Shown here: positions 6,598 through 16,502 of the stretch, one piece after another | Numbering within the stretch: the first letter of the stretch is position 1 | Layout: every line of letters starts with the position of its first letter | Origin: a virus | Lineage: Duplodnaviria > Caudoviricetes | Reading direction: 5' to 3' (one strand) | DNA: 64,000 nt | IMG/VR virus record: IMGVR_UViG_3300036770_007283 | The notes under the pieces: generated by a model | Seen by the model: the letters and a program-made list of their open reading frames with translations, nothing else | What the model was told of the DNA's origin: nothing | The model's database searches: none | Program-made: the position numbers and the translations under genes

Positions 6598-9308
6598 GAT
6601 AAGCATTCCTCCTCTTTTCCTGCAACATAATCTGCTAGAGCAACTCTTTCAACTTTGGTTGATACTTTTTCTGGATCAACACCTGCACTGGTTCTTAAAT
6701 AGTATAGTCCCTTTAGTCCATCCTTCCATGCTTTTAGGTGAGTCATTAGAACATAATTTCTATCACCACCTGCTGGGAAGAATAGGTTAACGCTTTGTCC
6801 TTGGCAAATGAATTCTTGTCTTGATGCGGCGTGATCAACAACCCATCGCTGATCTAATTCAAATGCGGTTTTGAATACTGACTTCTCCCATTCACTTAAG
6901 AATTGGAGATGCTGAACAGATCCTTGGGCCAAGATGATGGATTGCCAGGTAGAATCTTTTTGATCTTCTGGAATATACTTTGATAGAACTTTGTCTAGTT
7001 CGGGATTCTTTACTAGGAATGATCCTGTTCTAGTTCTATGAGTATAGGCATTTGATTTCCATGGCTCAATAGAGGCTGAAGTATTTGCAATAATGGAAGA
7101 GTTTGCATTAGGAGCGATAGCTAAAATATGAGAATTTCTTCTGCCAGATCCGATTCCATCCAGATATTCTCCGCGTTCCTTTGCTAATTCTTCAGTAGCC
7201 TCAACTGCTTGAGACTTAATATGAGAGAAAACTTCCATGTTTAGAACTTTTGCTATTACGCTTTCCCAAGGTATATTTTTACTTTGAAGAAGATCATGGA
7301 AGCCCATAGCACCTAGACCAAGTGATCTTTCTCTGGTTGCGCTATAGATAGCCTTATGTAAAACAGGTGGAGCTTGATCAATAAATACTTGCAGAACATT
7401 GTCTAAAAATCTAACAAGATCTTTTACAATAGTCGTATCCTTCCACTCATCATAGTGTCGAAGATTTAGTGAGCTTAGGCAACATACAGCTGTTCTTTCA
7501 GGTCCTGTTGGAAGATGAATCTCATTGCAAAGGTTTGAACCGTGTATTTTGAGACCCAGATCTTTTAATGGCTGTGGTAGATTACGATTTGCTGTATCAA
7601 TAAAGTTTAGATAAGGCTCACCGGTTTGGTATCTGACTTCAATAATTGTTTCTAAAAGCTCTCTAGCGGGAATTGTATCTCTTACTGTTCCATCTGCTGG
7701 ATCTTTAAGCTCCCAGACTTTATTTTCGATGCAAGCCTGCATGAAATCATCAGTAATATTTACAGCGTTATGAAGATTAAAGCATTTACGATTTGGGTCG
7801 CCACCGGTTGGTACACGCATATTCAAAAACTCTAGAATATCGGGATGGCTAATATCTAAGTATGCAGCGTAACTACCCTTCCTGGTATTTCCACAGATAG
7901 TTACAACACCAGAACGTCTAACAAGAAGCATTCCCGTTGAAACCGTTGCGCAATATACCTTTCCAGAATATGGAACTTCTGCAACATTAACCTTCTGAAG
8001 TGTTAGATGCTGATAGGGCCTAATATAGATAGTATAAATATTTTTTCTTGGTTCTGCCCTAACTCGTTCCATCATTCTGGATGTCATATTTGAGATGGCC
8101 ACAATGGCTTGAACAATGTTTGCATTTTCCTTTACAGTGGTGCTGTAGGTAAATCCTTCATAGCCTTCCCCTCGGCTACCAGAATCCCAATGTGATAATT
8201 CCTCAATAAATTGCTGACCCCATGAAGCAGTAATTTCATTTAGATTTACCCATGAGAAACTCTTATTCCCAATGATTGGGGCATGTACATAGAATTTGGT
8301 TGTGCCATAATTTGTCTTTACTTTTGTGAAAGAATATCCACAATCATTTAGGATTTCTTCGATACGTACAATTTTTCTTTCTTTCTTTAAGTGAAAGACG
8401 CAGCCAGAGTCACTTTTATTATTTGAGCCATCAGCCTGGAATGCAATTAAGAATCTTTCATGAGGTGTTAGGCTTTGCTTTGTTCCCTCTACCTTTAAAG
8501 CTGCGGTATGGAATCGCACATCTGCATTTCTTGGAAGTTGATCGGCACGGATCTTTACAAGCCTTCCATCCCATTCCTTCTTTCCATTTACTTTGTTTTT
8601 TCTTTCAATAACCATGGAGTGATTTGGGGTAACTTGTAAATCTACAGAATTATTGCCAGTGCGTACATTAAGAATCTGGCCGACATGTTCTTCCACAACC
8701 AACTCGATCGGTTTGGCAAAGAAGATTTCTCTATTAGAATTTACGTGACCAACCTCAACATCTTCTGGTAATTGGTCAAACCTAACCCATCCAGCAGAGG
8801 TAAGAACTTCTGTATCTGGTGTATAGCAAGTACCCTGCCTGTAGGCATTCATATCTGCATCTACAGTTTTTAAGAATGGAATAGGCCCAGGTGCCTTGTT
8901 TGAAACAGACCTAACAGAAGACCAGTGACCACCGACGCCGCCACCCTTAATGGACAACCAGCGCAATTCTGCTGTATGATCAATTAAACCTTCTAGTGTA
9001 TCATCCACATAAGTTAAGAAGCAAGAAATAGGCAAAGCCTTCCATGGCTTACCTGGGGTTGGTGCATTGCTTAAAACGGGAGAAGCATAAACGAACCAAG
9101 ACTTGCTGGCATAGTCATAAATTCTTTGAGCAAATTCCAAGTCACCACCTGAATAAGCAAGGGCGGCTCGAGCAAAGGATTGTTGTGGTGAAGTTTCTCC
9201 ATCTACTAAGTAGTACTGTTCTAAAAGTTTGTAAGCAAACTCTGTAAAGTCTTTATCCTTATCCAAGTCTAGCTTAATACCAAAATAATTATCCATCTTT
9301 TTCTCCAT
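6585..9308 (-). CDS. nrdA: Ribonucleotide reductase class Ia alpha subunit (no ATP cone) containing an intein
   Basis: PISCF, GGGVG, YRQGT/TRKGSYAAY, GSNLCNEI, APNANSS, GLKGLYY, C-terminal CLSCQG. About 593 aa after splicing. Confidence 0.95.
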   Translation of the reverse strand: MEKKMDNYFGIKLDLDKDKDFTEFAYKLLEQYYLVDGETSPQQSFARAALAYSGGDLEFAQRIYDYASKSWFVYASPVLSNAPTPGKPWKALPISCFLTYVDDTLEGLIDHTAELRWLSIKGGGVGGHWSSVRSVSNKAPGPIPFLKTVDADMNAYRQGTCYTPDTEVLTSAGWVRFDQLPEDVEVGHVNSNREIFFAKPIELVVEEHVGQILNVRTGNNSVDLQVTPNHSMVIERKNKVNGKKEWDGRLVKIRADQLPRNADVRFHTAALKVEGTKQSLTPHERFLIAFQADGSNNKSDSGCVFHLKKERKIVRIEEILNDCGYSFTKVKTNYGTTKFYVHAPIIGNKSFSWVNLNEITASWGQQFIEELSHWDSGSRGEGYEGFTYSTTVKENANIVQAIVAISNMTSRMMERVRAEPRKNIYTIYIRPYQHLTLQKVNVAEVPYSGKVYCATVSTGMLLVRRSGVVTICGNTRKGSYAAYLDISHPDILEFLNMRVPTGGDPNRKCFNLHNAVNITDDFMQACIENKVWELKDPADGTVRDTIPARELLETIIEVRYQTGEPYLNFIDTANRNLPQPLKDLGLKIHGSNLCNEIHLPTGPERTAVCCLSSLNLRHYDEWKDTTIVKDLVRFLDNVLQVFIDQAPPVLHKAIYSATRERSLGLGAMGFHDLLQSKNIPWESVIAKVLNMEVFSHIKSQAVEATEELAKERGEYLDGIGSGRRNSHILAIAPNANSSIIANTSASIEPWKSNAYTHRTRTGSFLVKNPELDKVLSKYIPEDQKDSTWQSIILAQGSVQHLQFLSEWEKSVFKTAFELDQRWVVDHAASRQEFICQGQSVNLFFPAGGDRNYVLMTHLKAWKDGLKGLYYLRTSAGVDPEKVSTKVERVALADYVAGKEEECLSCQG
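7887..8828 (-). mobile_element. Intein in NrdA (314 aa, degenerate LAGLIDADG-type)
   Basis: Begins CYTPDTEVLTSAGW and ends YCATVSTGMLLVRRSGVVTICGN, followed by +1 Thr. Internal FLIAFQADGS and FIEELSHWDSG blocks. Confidence 0.92.
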
Positions 9309-9560
9309 AAAACAAAGATATCACTGTTTCAGCCGATTGATGTCTGAATCTAGTATAAGTCCTTCAAAAATTAATAGTGTTTTTTTACCCTAAAACTAAT
9401 TTAAAAAATATAATTATGTAAATCATTAGAATAATTTTTTTAAATTAATTTTATTTGTTTCTATTAATGAAATATTGTGCATGATAAACAATAGCATTTC
9501 CCCAGTTTTTATATAGTACCGGGGTCTATTTATGGCGACTAATAAATAACAAACCTGGTT

Positions 9561-10976
9561 TTACTTTTTAGGTTTTGCGCTCTCTGGATCGTGGGAAAAG
9601 CCTTCTTCGTCGTAGGTATAATGTAAAACCTCGCCTTTATCATCTACCGTTTGCAAGTTAATAATTCCGCCCCAAACTTCTTGCAGATATCCCATTACCT
9701 TTGAGATATGCTTTGGATCAAGTGTGCCTATTTCTGTACTATCATGGACCAACTCTAATCCGCCTGGTGATGCAGAATCAATATAAATTAGTGGTGACTG
9801 ATAATTATATATTTTACTGGTTAGACTTTCCACTACATCTTTGGCATCCGTACTTTTAATTTCAATATACTGGTCTCTGCCTTTGTCATAATGTGTTTTA
9901 TAAGTAAACATTTGAAGTTCATCAACCAACTCTTGGGTTAGGTAAGAACGCAAAAAAGAAATATCATCTTCTTCTTCTACAACTTCAAGCATCTTTTGGA
10001 AGCCATTTATTTTTGATTCACCTTTTTCAAATTTAAGATCCCATCTTTTCTTGATATCATTAAAGATAGTAAAGCCTAAAAAGTAAGGATTGATATTAAG
10101 CTTACTTCCACCGGGCTGGACTACCTTCTCATGAATTTTAACGAATTCAAGATATTCTGAAGTACTTAAAATATCATCATTCATTAAGTACATGAGTTCC
10201 GCATGAACATAGCTGGCAAAGCCTTCGTTCATAATCTTGGTGCAATATTGTGGATAGAAATAAAAAGATTCCTCGCGAGTGATTTCGAAGATATCCTTTT
10301 CCCAACCTTCTAGGTCAGCATGATTAGATATAAACCAAAGTAGATCATATTCTTTCTCTGGTGGGAATTTTTCATTGATAACTTCTTCTTTATATCCTGC
10401 CCTTTGAATTCCGTAGATATCATCAAATTCTCCAGATTTAAGTTTTCTTAGAATCTTCTTCTTTTTTCCATAGGGTTTCCTATGGATTCCTTTATGCCAG
10501 TCTATATTCTTATCCATGGAGAAAGCAATATCCATCAGATGCTCTACTTTCTCTATGCCATACTGTGCAATATAATCTTCTACTCTTTGGGCCCGTTCTG
10601 CAGCATGATAAACCATCTTTCTATCTGTAAGCTTAAATAGATAATTATTCTTGAAAAAGTGAACGTGACCAATTACGTGAGCAATAACCATGGTATTTGC
10701 AATATCTGAATTGGTTTCCAGAAGAAAAGCATAAGAAGGATTATTATTAAGGACCAACTCATAAACCTTTGATAAGCCCATCTCTCCTTGAATCTTTTGA
10801 TAAGTATAACTTTGGCCATAACTCCAGTGTCTTGCTCGGGTAGGTAATCCGTAACTCATAATTTCTAGCAAAACTTCTTCTGGAACTACTTCCCAATTGA
10901 TTGGGAAAAAATCTAGTCCCATTTCTTTAGATTTTTTTTCGAACCAAAGGGTTCTTTTTTCTAATAGCTCTTTCAA
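9561..10976 (-). CDS. spoVR: SpoVR/YcgB family protein
   Basis: YGLPTRARHWSYG, YELVLNNNPSYAFL, AHVIGHVHFFKNN, YFYPQYCTKIMNEGFASYVH, INPYFLG. Confidence 0.95.
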   Translation of the reverse strand: MKELLEKRTLWFEKKSKEMGLDFFPINWEVVPEEVLLEIMSYGLPTRARHWSYGQSYTYQKIQGEMGLSKVYELVLNNNPSYAFLLETNSDIANTMVIAHVIGHVHFFKNNYLFKLTDRKMVYHAAERAQRVEDYIAQYGIEKVEHLMDIAFSMDKNIDWHKGIHRKPYGKKKKILRKLKSGEFDDIYGIQRAGYKEEVINEKFPPEKEYDLLWFISNHADLEGWEKDIFEITREESFYFYPQYCTKIMNEGFASYVHAELMYLMNDDILSTSEYLEFVKIHEKVVQPGGSKLNINPYFLGFTIFNDIKKRWDLKFEKGESKINGFQKMLEVVEEEDDISFLRSYLTQELVDELQMFTYKTHYDKGRDQYIEIKSTDAKDVVESLTSKIYNYQSPLIYIDSASPGGLELVHDSTEIGTLDPKHISKVMGYLQEVWGGIINLQTVDDKGEVLHYTYDEEGFSHDPESAKPKK

Positions 10977-11284
10977 AGTACCGCCTTATTTTGAAAATTT
11001 TTTTCGCACTTAAAAATATCTAAATTAAAAATTATTTTTGTTACAACATCTTCTGGTGCTAAATCTAGAACCTCTTCAAATGTTAAAAGTTTAGGTTCGC
11101 CATTTGTTGGATAGACCACCCAAAAAAAACTAGAAAAAGTTAAGTATATGTATAAATCAGTATCTGGAACACTAAATCTAAAGTGGTCATTCATATCAAT
11201 TAAGAAATCTAAAGGTTTTAAAATACTATAATACCTTGGTTCACTCATCACCCTAAAATCATAGTCATAAACTGTTAATGGCAT
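10973..11284 (-). CDS. Hypothetical protein (103 aa) inserted between yhbH and spoVR
   Basis: Starts 3 nt after the yhbH stop and overlaps the spoVR start by 4 nt. Confidence 0.75.
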   Translation of the reverse strand: MPLTVYDYDFRVMSEPRYYSILKPLDFLIDMNDHFRFSVPDTDLYIYLTFSSFFWVVYPTNGEPKLLTFEEVLDLAPEDVVTKIIFNLDIFKCEKNFQNKAVL

Positions 11285-11287
11285 AGC

Positions 11288-12469
11288 CTATCTTTTTCTT
11301 TTATCAGAGATTCCATCTACATTAAAAAATTTCTTTAAGCCAACGAACACATCATCTCTAGACCTAAATTGCATGGATAGAAATCTTGTTCTTTTAATAT
11401 TTTTATTAAAATGATTAGATAATAACGTCTCTTCGCGCATCCAAGGTGAATTATACATTTCACCCAGGACAACTTCGCCATATCCAATTGCCCTAACCAT
11501 AGGCAATAATTTTTCTACATATTCGACGCAAATTTCATTATCATTAGACCAGTTATCTCCATCGCTAAACTCAAAAACATAATTATTCCAAAGATCTGGT
11601 GGGTGATGAATCTTTATGTGCTCATAGGCCAACTTAAAAGAAGTGCTACAAACGGTACCACCATTAGGACTGATATTAAAGAATTCTTTTTCATCCACAA
11701 CAAATGCGGTGGCATCGTGGGCAATAAAAACAAGATCAATCTTTTTATATCTTCTCTTTAAAAACTGCACCATCCAAAAGTAAAAGGATTTTGCAATGTA
11801 AGTTTTTTCTTTATCCATAGAAGCGCTTCTATCCATCATAAGATAGATTGCAGCATTAGAATGGTATTCCTTTTCGGTTTCCCAAACTTTATACCTTAAG
11901 TCTTCTTTGGCAAAAGAACCAACTTTTGCATCACCTTTGGCTGCATTTCTTTTTATGTTCTCAATTAAAGTCTTTTTAAGATCTAAGTTTGGGTAGATGC
12001 CTTTTTTATCAATCGAACCAATTTCGTCGTGTTCAATTTCTATTTGGGATGTATTTTTAGGATCGATCCAAGGCAAGTTAAGCTCTTCCATCAGAATATT
12101 AACTAGTTCATCAATAGTTATTTCTGCTTCAAATAGTCTTTCGCCTTCTTCATTCCCGGCTGGTCCAACTTCACCATCTTTGTCACCTGACTTAACCTTA
12201 AACTTATCGCCAGGCTTGGTGCCGATACCCTGGCCGGTGCCTTGGTTGTTGTTTAACTTACCATACTTGAAACGATACATATCTAAAAATTTGATAGGAA
12301 TCTTTATCTTTTTATCCCCATCAGATTTGATAATATTGTATTCAGTAATAAGGTCTTTACCATTTTTTCTAATGGCTCTTTCAACCAGCTCCTTCTGCCT
12401 TTCAGAGTCTCTCTTGCCCCGTTTCTTGAGCTTCCAGATATCTGAAAGGCTGTCATAATTGTCAGCCAT
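11288..12469 (-). CDS. yhbH: YhbH/YeaH (DUF444) vWA-domain protein
   Basis: G-rich GQGIGTKPGD, MIDAS DRSASM, NGGT, FSDGDNW, ELNLPWI. Confidence 0.93.
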   Translation of the reverse strand: MADNYDSLSDIWKLKKRGKRDSERQKELVERAIRKNGKDLITEYNIIKSDGDKKIKIPIKFLDMYRFKYGKLNNNQGTGQGIGTKPGDKFKVKSGDKDGEVGPAGNEEGERLFEAEITIDELVNILMEELNLPWIDPKNTSQIEIEHDEIGSIDKKGIYPNLDLKKTLIENIKRNAAKGDAKVGSFAKEDLRYKVWETEKEYHSNAAIYLMMDRSASMDKEKTYIAKSFYFWMVQFLKRRYKKIDLVFIAHDATAFVVDEKEFFNISPNGGTVCSTSFKLAYEHIKIHHPPDLWNNYVFEFSDGDNWSNDNEICVEYVEKLLPMVRAIGYGEVVLGEMYNSPWMREETLLSNHFNKNIKRTRFLSMQFRSRDDVFVGLKKFFNVDGISDKRKR

Positions 12470-12479
12470 ATAGACCTCC

Positions 12480-14375
12480 TTACTTTCTAGCCATTAAGGA
12501 ATTAACATACCTGAGCAATTGATTGGCACTATCGGCTGTATAACCATACTTGTCACAAAGTGTTTTAACAACAACATTGATCTTCTTGAGTTCTTCCTCA
12601 TCAGGATTTCTAGCAGATACCGTAAGGCGAATAACGTCCTGTCTTTCGTCAAAGAGTTGCTTCTCTAGGGCTTGCTTTAGGGCGGGATGGTCTTCATACC
12701 TACAACCATTCTTAAGCATCTTTCTTAGAATTTCTTGACGGAAGGATTTCTTGCCAGATTCTGTGATGCCTACCTTTTCCTCAATGCTTCTCATGAGCCT
12801 TTCATCTGGCTGTGTCTTAACACCCCATTCGTTTTCTACCATACTTCCATCCAGAAATGCTTCTACCTGGTCCATATAGTTTTTGAGTAGGTTTTTAATT
12901 TCACCTTCAAAGTTAACGAAGAAAGCTTTTTGTACATCATTTTTGGCTAGTTTTTCATATTCTTCTACAACAGTCATTAAGATTACTTCTAGCCTTTCGC
13001 CTTCTTTTTTATCAATCTTTGGATTGCTCTTCATACCATCACGAAGTGATCTTACGATATCTAGTGGCGTAACTGAAGTTACTTCTTGTTCTGCTAGCTT
13101 AGATGCAATACGATTGATTACATACCTTGGAGATATACCAATCATGCCTTCGTCATCATGCTCTTTCTTAAACTTAGGTGCTTCAGATAGTGTAAAGCCA
13201 TTAACCTCTTCACCATTATACATTTTCATTTTATTAATTAAAGAAAGTGATTGGTTACTAGATTCTTTTAGCCTGGATAGAATAGAAAACATAGCGGCGC
13301 ACTTTAAGGTGTGTGGTGCAATATGCTTTCCTTTGAAGTTGGCTTGTTCAATTAGCTTTTCATAAATTTTAATCTCACTATCTAAGGTGAGGTTGTATGG
13401 AAATCTAACTACAATAGTTCTATCATGCAATGCTTCCATCTCTTCTTTTCCAAGGAATCTTTTGTATTCAGATTCGTTGGTATGGCTTAAGATAAATTCA
13501 TCAGCCCAGATTAAAGGGAATCTGCCAGTTTTAATATTTTTTTCTTGTGCTAAGGTTAGTAGAACATAAAGGAACTTTTGGTCTACCTTTAACATTTCTA
13601 CGAATTCCATTAAACCTCTGTTTGCCACGTTAAGCTCACCATCAAATCGGTAGGCTCTGGGGTCTGACTCAGCACCGTATTCACCAATGGTGCTTAGATC
13701 AATAGAACCAACTAATTCAGAAATATCTTGGCTTTTCTTGTCTGATGGTACGAAGGTTCCAATACCTACGCGGGCCTTTTCAGAATAGAAGATTCTTTTA
13801 ACTGGTAAATTCATAAAGTTACCTGCATACTTTTCTTTCAAGATAACTTCCATGATTGGGCTTAGTGTTCCATCAATTTTAATTCCATATTCTTTTAAGA
13901 ACTTAGATCTAAGGTCTTCTGGAATTGCACAGAGTGGATCTTCGTGCATTGGGGAGTCAGATAGGGCATAGATTGCACCCTCATCTGTTTTAGCAAACTG
14001 TTCCATACCACGCTTTAATAGGATGGCTAATTGTGACTTACCAGAAGAGGTTGGTCCGTATAGCAATAAGATTCTTCGGCCTACTTCAGAGCCTGCGGCA
14101 GCAGCCCTAAGATATGCCATAATTTCTTCAATTGGCTCTTGAACACCGAACAGATCCTTGGAGAAGAATCCATAACTGACTACCTTACCATCAGCATCCT
14201 TTTCAACACCGGCTGACTCAATCATTTTAAGAACTCTGGCATGGGCACCCATATGAATCTCTGGATTCTCAATGACCATCTTAATATAATCTCTTAAAGT
14301 TCCAGACCACTCCTGTTTGGTTCTTGACTCGAGATGGGTGTCAATCATATCTAAAAATGTATCTGTAGCCGCCAT
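12480..14375 (-). CDS. prkA: PrkA/YeaG family AAA+ protein
   Basis: RRILLLYGPTSSGKS (Walker A), SPMHEDPL, DISELVG, DPRAYRFDGELNVANRGLMEFVEMLK, PYNL; 631 aa. Confidence 0.96.
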   Translation of the reverse strand: MAATDTFLDMIDTHLESRTKQEWSGTLRDYIKMVIENPEIHMGAHARVLKMIESAGVEKDADGKVVSYGFFSKDLFGVQEPIEEIMAYLRAAAAGSEVGRRILLLYGPTSSGKSQLAILLKRGMEQFAKTDEGAIYALSDSPMHEDPLCAIPEDLRSKFLKEYGIKIDGTLSPIMEVILKEKYAGNFMNLPVKRIFYSEKARVGIGTFVPSDKKSQDISELVGSIDLSTIGEYGAESDPRAYRFDGELNVANRGLMEFVEMLKVDQKFLYVLLTLAQEKNIKTGRFPLIWADEFILSHTNESEYKRFLGKEEMEALHDRTIVVRFPYNLTLDSEIKIYEKLIEQANFKGKHIAPHTLKCAAMFSILSRLKESSNQSLSLINKMKMYNGEEVNGFTLSEAPKFKKEHDDEGMIGISPRYVINRIASKLAEQEVTSVTPLDIVRSLRDGMKSNPKIDKKEGERLEVILMTVVEEYEKLAKNDVQKAFFVNFEGEIKNLLKNYMDQVEAFLDGSMVENEWGVKTQPDERLMRSIEEKVGITESGKKSFRQEILRKMLKNGCRYEDHPALKQALEKQLFDERQDVIRLTVSARNPDEEELKKINVVVKTLCDKYGYTADSANQLLRYVNSLMARK

Positions 14376-14377
14376 TA

Positions 14378-14680
14378 TTACACTCCTCCGGTATTTTTAT
14401 AAGGATTAGTCCTATCACCATATACATCTTCAATCGCTCGATGGTCACCTTTACCTATTTTATTAACAGTTTTACGCACTTCATCTTGAATCTCTAAAAT
14501 TAACTGATCGGTTGATTTTTCAACGGTGGCTGCAATGCTAACAATTTTTTGTGATATAAAACCAGTATCACATACTTTACATTTAACCTTACCTTTCTTA
14601 AGCTCTAAATATTCTGGAATAGATAAAAATAATTCTAGATTCTCATTACAATGTAAGCAAACAAAACTATAACTTGGCAT
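14378..14680 (-). CDS. FmdB-family zinc-ribbon protein
   Basis: MPSYSFVCLHC...KCKVC with GAGGA upstream of ATG 14680. The ORF track over-extends it to 14779. Confidence 0.8.
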   Translation of the reverse strand: MPSYSFVCLHCNENLELFLSIPEYLELKKGKVKCKVCDTGFISQKIVSIAATVEKSTDQLILEIQDEVRKTVNKIGKGDHRAIEDVYGDRTNPYKNTGGV

Positions 14681-14861
14681 TAGATTCCTCCGTGGGAATA
14701 AAAATAATCTGGTCGCCCTCAAATTCCAAGTTGCCAGACAAAGAAAGATCACGAAGGATTTTCTTCTTAAACTTTGCATCAGTAATCTGAATAGTCAACT
14801 CTAATTCATTACTATCTGATAACTTTATATTTTTAATTTTTCCTACTGTTTCTTTTTTCAT
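14667..14861 (-). CDS. Hypothetical protein (~64 aa)
   Basis: Co-oriented, with overlaps on both sides; start uncertain (14861 or 14879). Confidence 0.6.
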   Translation of the reverse strand: MKKETVGKIKNIKLSDSNELELTIQITDAKFKKKILRDLSLSGNLEFEGDQIIFIPTEESNAKL

Positions 14862-15141
14862 TTCTTCTTTCATTTTCAAAAAAACTATTTAAGACTTCTT
14901 TTACCAAGGGACTCTTTTGGTTTAATAAATAAAATAGTTCATAATTATCAACCACTTCATGGTTTTTTAGTTTACAAACTTCTGCTCTTATCTTAGGGAT
15001 AAAATCTAAGGGATGGTCCGACTCTAGCATTGGATTCATAGGTAGAAGATCTATGTTGCCTTTAGAAATCTTGTAAACAATATATTTATACCTTCCGATT
15101 TTTAGAACATCATTTTTTTTCAAAGAAATTTTTTCAGACAA
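14833..15141 (-). CDS. Hypothetical protein (102 aa)
   Basis: Overlaps the dnaB stop; no motif recognised. Confidence 0.65.
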   Translation of the reverse strand: MSEKISLKKNDVLKIGRYKYIVYKISKGNIDLLPMNPMLESDHPLDFIPKIRAEVCKLKNHEVVDNYELFYLLNQKSPLVKEVLNSFFENERRNEKRNSRKN

Positions 15142-16492
15142 GACGATTCTCCTCCCCTAAATCACCCACCCAATTATCCGGCATACTTGTAACTTTTGAT
15201 TTCTCAAATTCTTTATACAGCTTGATCTCACCCTTAGCACCATCACGATTCTTAACAATATGGATTACCATATCGTCACGTAACAACTCATCATCCCTTT
15301 GTTCAATAAGCAATACAATGTTAGCGTTGTCACCAATCATCTTTGAACGACCTAATTCTTCTAGATCGTTAGACTGACCCTTGGTAGCCTTATTCCTCGC
15401 CTTTCTTTGTGCTGCGGTTAATACAGCAATGTTTTTATTACGACAGAATTCGTGTAAGTCTTCTGCAACGTGACCAACTTCTAGCCAGTCTTGTCCGAAA
15501 TCTTTGTTAGGCTTCATAATGCCAAGATAGTCTACCACAACCAGGTCGGGTTGAAATTCAGAAAGAATAGAATCATACCTAGCCTCAATATCAAGGGTTC
15601 TTGAGCCACGAGGCATGTCTACAATATAAAACTTTTTATCATACTTCTTCTGAAAGTCTAATGAGCTTTTCCATCTTTGCTTTTCTTCTGGCGTAAGTTG
15701 TCCACGCATAATTGCTTTGTGTCGAACATTAGCCATGTTAGCATCAATTCTTTGTTCTAATTGTCGTTTACTCATTTCTAGTGTAAAGTAAACTACATTC
15801 TTACCACCTTCCAACATCTCATTGTATAGATCGCCTGGCTTGTTAGGACCTAGCCAAGCATTAATAGCATAGTTCATCATCAGCAAGCTTTTACCGCTAG
15901 AAGAAGCACCAGAAATAATCATTAACTCTGATTGCTTGATGCCATAAGTATAATCATCAATCTCTGAAAAGCCTGACATTACACCAGTAGTAAGATTGGG
16001 GTTTTGCTCTGTAAACAAATAATCATTATATCTGTCCTCTACCGAATTGCTGAAATTTCCTTCCGCAAAGACCGATGCCCTCTTCAACCTTTCGATTTTG
16101 GCTGCTACGCTAATAATGTTGGAATTAAATTCTTCGATGTCTACACTTTCTTCTGAAATTGATTTTGCCAAGTTAGTTGCGATTTTGGCATTATATCTTT
16201 GCTTAACCTGATCAACATAAAAAAGTATTTCAGATTCTTCGCAAGACTCTTCTTCAATTAAAGAAATAAGCTGTACAGTATCAATATCATCTGCTAAGTT
16301 TTCTAACAAAACCTTATATGATGGTGGTGACTTATATCTGGAATAATACTTTTCAATCAGATCGAACACCGCCTTGAAATCATAATCCAAAGCTTCATAG
16401 AGGATTTTTAAGTCTACATCTCGACTTACCTTGTTATATTCTACGGGCCCTTTCATCATCCAGGATAAAATCTTTTGATCGGCTAGAGACAT
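15134..16492 (-). CDS. dnaB: DnaB-like SF4 replicative helicase
   Basis: SGASSSGKS, YFTLEMS, VVVDYLGIM, VLTAAQ, IVKNRDG. Confidence 0.93.
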   Translation of the reverse strand: MSLADQKILSWMMKGPVEYNKVSRDVDLKILYEALDYDFKAVFDLIEKYYSRYKSPPSYKVLLENLADDIDTVQLISLIEEESCEESEILFYVDQVKQRYNAKIATNLAKSISEESVDIEEFNSNIISVAAKIERLKRASVFAEGNFSNSVEDRYNDYLFTEQNPNLTTGVMSGFSEIDDYTYGIKQSELMIISGASSSGKSLLMMNYAINAWLGPNKPGDLYNEMLEGGKNVVYFTLEMSKRQLEQRIDANMANVRHKAIMRGQLTPEEKQRWKSSLDFQKKYDKKFYIVDMPRGSRTLDIEARYDSILSEFQPDLVVVDYLGIMKPNKDFGQDWLEVGHVAEDLHEFCRNKNIAVLTAAQRKARNKATKGQSNDLEELGRSKMIGDNANIVLLIEQRDDELLRDDMVIHIVKNRDGAKGEIKLYKEFEKSKVTSMPDNWVGDLGEENRLV

Positions 16493-16502
16493 TTACACTC
16501 CA

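Noticed and set aside
9309-9560. 250-bp AT-rich spacer as a tRNA, ncRNA, origin or terminator
   Set aside because: No cloverleaf or iterons are seen. The only hairpin (CCCCGGT/ACTGGGG, ~9499-9524) is weak and lacks a U-tract, and no convincing -35/-10 pair was found.
9561-14375. Concluding that the host sporulates because spoVR and yhbH are present
   Set aside because: The trio is widespread in non-sporulating bacteria and archaea; host assignment needs a phylogeny.
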